From the NCBI GenBank assembly GCA_951406725.2, contig OX597815.1:26350001-26414000 (forward strand): a stretch of 64,000 nt of DNA, read 5' to 3'. Of the stretch, positions 58,535-64,000 are shown piece by piece; within the stretch, counting starts at the first letter, position 1; every line of letters starts with the position of its first letter. A program made the translations under genes and the position numbers. Origin of the DNA: Octopus vulgaris (taxonomy: Eukaryota). Under the pieces are notes generated by a model, which was not told the DNA's origin, did not search any database, and was given only the letters and a program-made list of their open reading frames with translations.

Positions 58535-59311
58535 CAGCGTCGCTTCCTCGTCTCTGGCTCCCTGGACCAGCGGTAAAATGGGCCTAGACGACTGGAGGCA
58601 TACCAGTGATGCAGCAGGATAACCAAAGGGGGATACGTGCTTCTCTGTGCTCTCGGGAAAGCGTCCTGCTGAAAAATTATTGGCTATCGTGTTTTTGTCT
58701 GTAAAATTTAAAAACTAGTGGTTGGATTTCACCACACGGTCTGCGGAAATCCGTTCTTCAAATGCATAAGATGACAGGCCCTAAAAGACTTTCGTAGAAG
58801 GTTTAAAGCTCTCGGATACACGTGTCGAGAATTCTGTTGCGCAGCAGGTGACCCACTGCTACATGCAGGCAGTTCGTGAAGGACAAGAGTAATGGTCCTT
58901 TTGAGGAGAACATTACAACCACTGGCTCTCACCTCGAACCTAGCTCATACCCTTGGTTCCTCGATCTGTCTGAATGCAGCTGTGCTCTACCTGCCGCGCA
59001 ACAGAATTGTTGACATGCTGGTTAAACCGAGTTGTGGGCACCCGAGAGGTTGAAACCTTCAGTAAAATTCTTTTAGGTCGTGTCATCCGACGCATTTTGC
59101 AGATCGGATTTCTGGCAGATTGTGCAGAGAGTTATCAACTTCAACAGGCAAAAACACGATATCCAATCATTTCACGGTATGACGCTTTCCTCAGAGAACA
59201 AAGAAACATGTAGTCCCCAATGCTTACCCCGCTGCACCACTGGTATACCCCCAGTTGCTTAGGCCCACCTTGCTACTGGTTCAGGATGTCAAAGACGAGA
59301 AAGCGAGACTG
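58535..59311. mobile_element. Fold-back (long-TIR) non-autonomous DNA element
   Basis: ATAT|CAG...CTG|ATAT; diverged inverted arms of ~360 bp (e.g. gggccta, ataccagtg, gaaagcgtc, tatcgtgtttttg, aattctgttgcgc all mirrored). Confidence 0.8.
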
Positions 59312-59985
59312 ATATTGTGCCCGTGTGTATGTGTGTGTGTGTGTGTGTGTGTATTTGTGTATGCATGTGTGTGTATGTATTTGAAATACGAAATCTTATT
59401 AAAATCCCAACAGACACGTTCACCAATGAGTGATTGAGCAAAATACATTTCATATCCTGTCGATTAGGCTCCTGTTCCTCAATGACACCCTATACCGCCT
59501 ATATGCGCGTAAGTATGTTTATGCGTCTGTGCGTGTGCGCGCGTGCACAGTTAAAGCTGGGTACTTCATTGCTGATGAAATACCTACTAAGTGATCCCTC
59601 ATTTTCCGTCCGCAATTTTATTGCATATGAAGACAATATGTTTAACTCTATCCATACAAAGAGTGTTGACTAAAAATCTGTAGATCAATTTTGTAGCACC
59701 GAACAGCAATGAAACAAAGTATTGTTAGCTTACCAGTTATTTCCTACTCGAACTAAGTGCCAAAAATGCATTACATGTGCAAACTGGTCAATCAGTCCCA
59801 GTACTTGAGTGCTTATAAACAATGTCACAATAGACAGTTACAGAGGGTAACCAGGTGCTGATAAAACCCCAACACAGTATTGAAATTAGAGTAGTTAATC
59901 AGTTTCTTTCTGCCAGTGCGAAGATATTTTATAAGAGAACAAGGCGTGCACATCTGGCAAAACACATGGTGTTCTATATAGAGAG

Positions 59986-60394
<409 letters not shown>

Positions 60395-60422
60395 ATGGGT
60401 ATATATATATATATATACACAT

Positions 60423-60478
<56 letters not shown>

Positions 60479-61234
60479 ATATGTATATATATATATATGT
60501 GCGTATATATATATGTGCGTATATATATATACATATATTTAGATAGATAGGTAGATACACACATACATACATACATACATACATACATACATACATACAT
60601 ACATACATACATACATACATACATACATACATACATACATACTTATATACGTGTGAGTGTATATATTACATTTTGTGGGGGAAATAAACTTCACATCATT
60701 TAATATTGTGATATGTGAATATGTGAAAAAGCAACTGGGACAAAAATATCTGTTTTCACTTTCAGTAATATTCAGTTACAAAGTAAATAAGTGGTATTTC
60801 AGTTTGTATTATGATAGCTTGCACGAAATGTGCAATGTAAATTGCAACGTAAAATATCTGCAATTATACAGAAGAGGGTGTTTCTTTACAGTAGTTTTAT
60901 GATTGAATATAAAATTATATTATAAAATCTGCAGAATTATAAAATCTTCTGCAGAATAACACAAACATGTAAAAACTATGAAAAAAAATCAACATCTTCC
61001 TTAAGGTCCAAGCATAGTTGTGTCGTTAAGAAGCTGTTTCTGAATCCACGTGGTTTCCTGTTCAGTTCCACTGAGCAGCATTCCCTACTATAACCCGGGC
61101 CGACCGATGTCTTGTGAATGAACATGGTAGACAGAAACTGTTTGTGCGTGTGTGTGTATGTGTGTGCGTGCGCTCGTACGTCTTTGAGTTTGTCTCCTAT
61201 CACTACTTAGCAACTGGTGTTGGTTTCTTTATTG

Positions 61235-63075
61235 CACCCATCTGCCCCTCCAGCTCCGATATAGGTAAGATCAGCGAAATTAAGCTCGATCGGTTAATAA
61301 CCCAACTGTCCACCACATCTACATTAAAACTCTGGACCAAAGCTACTAAAGCTATCCAGTGGTCCAATTCTTTATGCTCTAAGCACACCTTTAAATTTAT
61401 ACAAATCGACATTGATCAATACTACACCAGCATATCTCCTGTTCTCCTAAAAAAGGCCCTAATCTTCGACAAAACCCATTCCAACCTATCTCGCGACGAT
61501 ATTGATATAATATTAGCAGCCTGCCGAAATATCATACTGTTCGATGGGAAATCCTGGACCCACAAGGGTACACCCAACTTTTTCGACGTTCCATGGGGGA
61601 AGTGACTCCGCCCAAGTTGAGATTACATAGTTAATGGTCTCCATGAACAAGTCCCTAACATTTCCGGTGGTTTATTCAGAGACGACGCTGTATTCGAAAT
61701 CCAAAATTCTAGCAATCGACAAATCGAACAGACCTGAAAAAGATTAAGAAACTGCTAATTTCTTAGACGCAACCCTGAGCTTGCAAAACCAAGCCTTCTA
61801 CCCAAACCTGGGAAAAACCTCCACTACGTGAACGTCTTCTCCACCACTCCCTCCATCCTATAATATATTGTGTAAAGAGTTTCCTACGGGATTTCCTCAC
61901 AATCTACTAATAAGGATTTATTCGATCAATATGCTGAATATCATAATTGTGCCCTACAAAGTGCCGGATATAAAAGCTCAATCGAATACATCCCCATGTG
62001 GAATACTCCTCTCTCTACTAAACCCGGAACTGAAACCAGTTCCGCACCGCCGTATAGTAAACACTATCCTCATCCATTTACCCACCTCCCCAATCGGATT
62101 AAACAACTAGAACCCGGGACATTATCTGATTCCACCCCTCTCCTCCACCCTTAATATTCAGACTCGAGTACCTAGACTCTTCCTCGCCCTACTCGAAAAA
62201 CTTATCCCTAAATCTAGCCCCTTTAGAAAAATATTTAAAATATTTAATCTATAAAATTGTCCTACTCCACCACCACCAACATTGCCGGAGTTAACCGACA
62301 TCTTAACAAGAAACTCAGAAGTCCACAACCAGAAAACCTCCAATCTAATAAATTAACTCAACATAACAGCCCAGATCCATATGTATAAACCAAAAACACC
62401 AATTGACCCCCTTATAGTTGGAACTATAACTCCAACTATAATTCCACTACTAACACCCGATCCTTAAATTTACCACAACGCCCAACTATACCTCTTGTAT
62501 AAATAGAGAGCGACACAGAATATACCAGATATCATATCATAGAACCCTACAATATCACACTCAACTCCTTAACAAATATTAATCTTAACGCCAGCAATAA
62601 CGACGAATCTAACACCGGTTCCTGACTAAATAACAATCCGTTCACAAGTTCATCCGGAACACCTCCTACAAACCTATCTAGTTGTAGACGCCCAACTTCC
62701 TGACCTTTAGATAACTGCTGTCTCACAAAAAACATCGTTTATAATTGTACGGTATCAACTGCCAACTATAACTACATATATATCGGCTCATGTAGCACCA
62801 CTTTCAAAGCTAGAGTAAGCAACCACTACTCCATTTTCAAATCCCAAACAAAATCGAGAAGTACATCGTTATCTCAGCTTATCAATAAACTAAAATTTGA
62901 TTCAACTTCTTACACTCTCAAGTGGTCCATAGTCACTCACGCCAAGCAAGCCATAACAAGTGTGATTTCTGCATAACTGAGGTCTTGACTATCTTGCAAT
63001 TCATGTCTTAATGGACACAACAGTATAAATTTTACCTGCAAACATCGGTCACAAAATGTATTCTCAAAATATTAA
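61235..63075 (+). pseudogene. Penelope-like element, Naiad-type RT + C-terminal GIY-YIG endonuclease, decayed and 5'-truncated
   Basis: RT: ICPSSSDIGKISEIKLD, FIQIDIDQYYTSIS, SW.HKG...FDVP(M)G..DSAQV, GLFRDD. Endonuclease: SSCRRPTS*PLDNCCL..NIVYNC...YIGSCSTTFKARVSNH...STSLS...LKWSI...KCDFCITE...CKHR. It interrupts a SINE (61005-61235). Confidence 0.85.
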
Positions 63076-63602
63076 TAACAACAACCCCACACCGCTTTTG
63101 CCCTAACCTTCATAAATCTTCCCTCTCATCTACCTTCACTACCACTATATATTAAACCAATCTATCTTCCCTTTAATTCCTTATTGTCATTTACATACTT
63201 CTCTGTAGTTCTCCTTACCATTTAAGAATTTTCTTTTTCTTATTTCACCTGCCTCCCCACTTATACCTTAAAGTGATGGAAGAGAGGTTTTGTTTGTGCG
63301 CCTTTCACTGTATTCATATCTTCATAGATGCGAAGTATAAATTAAAAATTTAGAGTTCAGAAGCGTTTGTTACTATTTCCGGTTTACTTTCATATTCAAA
63401 ACCAACCTCTGTGCGTGTGCGTGTGCGTGTGCATACATGCGTGTGTATGTGTATGCATGAGAGTCTGTGTATATTTTCACGTATAGTAAAGATCAAGTTA
63501 TCTGAGACGTCACGATGAATTCGACTTCGCTCTCAGTATAGAGTAACGGTATCAGAGTACATACTTTGTTATTATTCTTAAAAGTGCTTTAAAATACATT
63601 AT

Positions 63603-63641
<39 letters not shown>

Positions 63642-63680
63642 CACACACACACACAGACACACACACACACACATATATAT

Positions 63681-63840
63681 AGGCGTAGGTGTGACCGTGT
63701 GGTAAGAAGCTTGCTTACCAACCATATGGCTCTGGGTTCAGACTTACTGCGTGGTTTGTGCAAGTTTCTTCTACTATAGCCTCGGGCGGACCAAAGCCTT
63801 GTGAGTGGACTTGGCAGACGGAAACTGAAAGAACCCCGCC

Positions 63841-63905
<65 letters not shown>

Positions 63906-64000
63906 GTCTGTGTTTGTCACCAACCATCGCTTGGCAACCGATGTTGGTTTGCGTACTCTGTAACCTAGCGGTTCGACAAAGAGATCGATAGAATAGGTAC
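63681..64000 (+). mobile_element. Composite SINE (runs off window end)
   Basis: aggcgtaggtgtgaccgtgtggtaagaagcttgc...(TA)n...accatcgcttggcaaccgatg...tagcggttcg. Confidence 0.85.

Noticed and set aside
63250-63400. SECIS or HHR in the Naiad 3'UTR
   Set aside because: The GTGAT-hairpin lacks the AA loop and 3' GA, and there is no intact CUGANGA/GAAA core.

Overview
AT-rich, microsatellite-saturated eukaryotic non-coding DNA (intronic or intergenic). The SINE families and repeat landscape resemble those of Octopus; this is inferred from recall, not from a search. I recognise no host protein-coding exon. Nearly all ORFs in the track are translations of (TA)n/(CA)n/(CATA)n/(AAT)n, and the few protein-like ones are decayed transposon genes: Helitron Pif1 helicase, R4/Dong-like endonuclease, a Tc1 with DD36E spacing, an irritans-like mariner, pogo/Tigger, CR1 and RTE 3' ends, and a Naiad-type Penelope RT plus GIY-YIG. 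The main hidden signal is about a dozen short (~150-250 bp) islands between microsatellites that carry type I hammerhead ribozyme (HHR) motifs of the Penelope pseudo-LTR kind. Two have intact cores, palindromic stem III and an unusually long (~100 nt) stem II (1307-1432, 42928-43061). Several minimal ones share recurrent non-canonical cores (A6U, U4C). Other notable features are a UGA at a conserved Cys position in the Naiad endonuclease, nests of (TAA)n-targeted retroelement 3' ends, a spacerless 130-bp palindrome and a ~780-bp fold-back element. All folds were made by eye and need computational and experimental confirmation.
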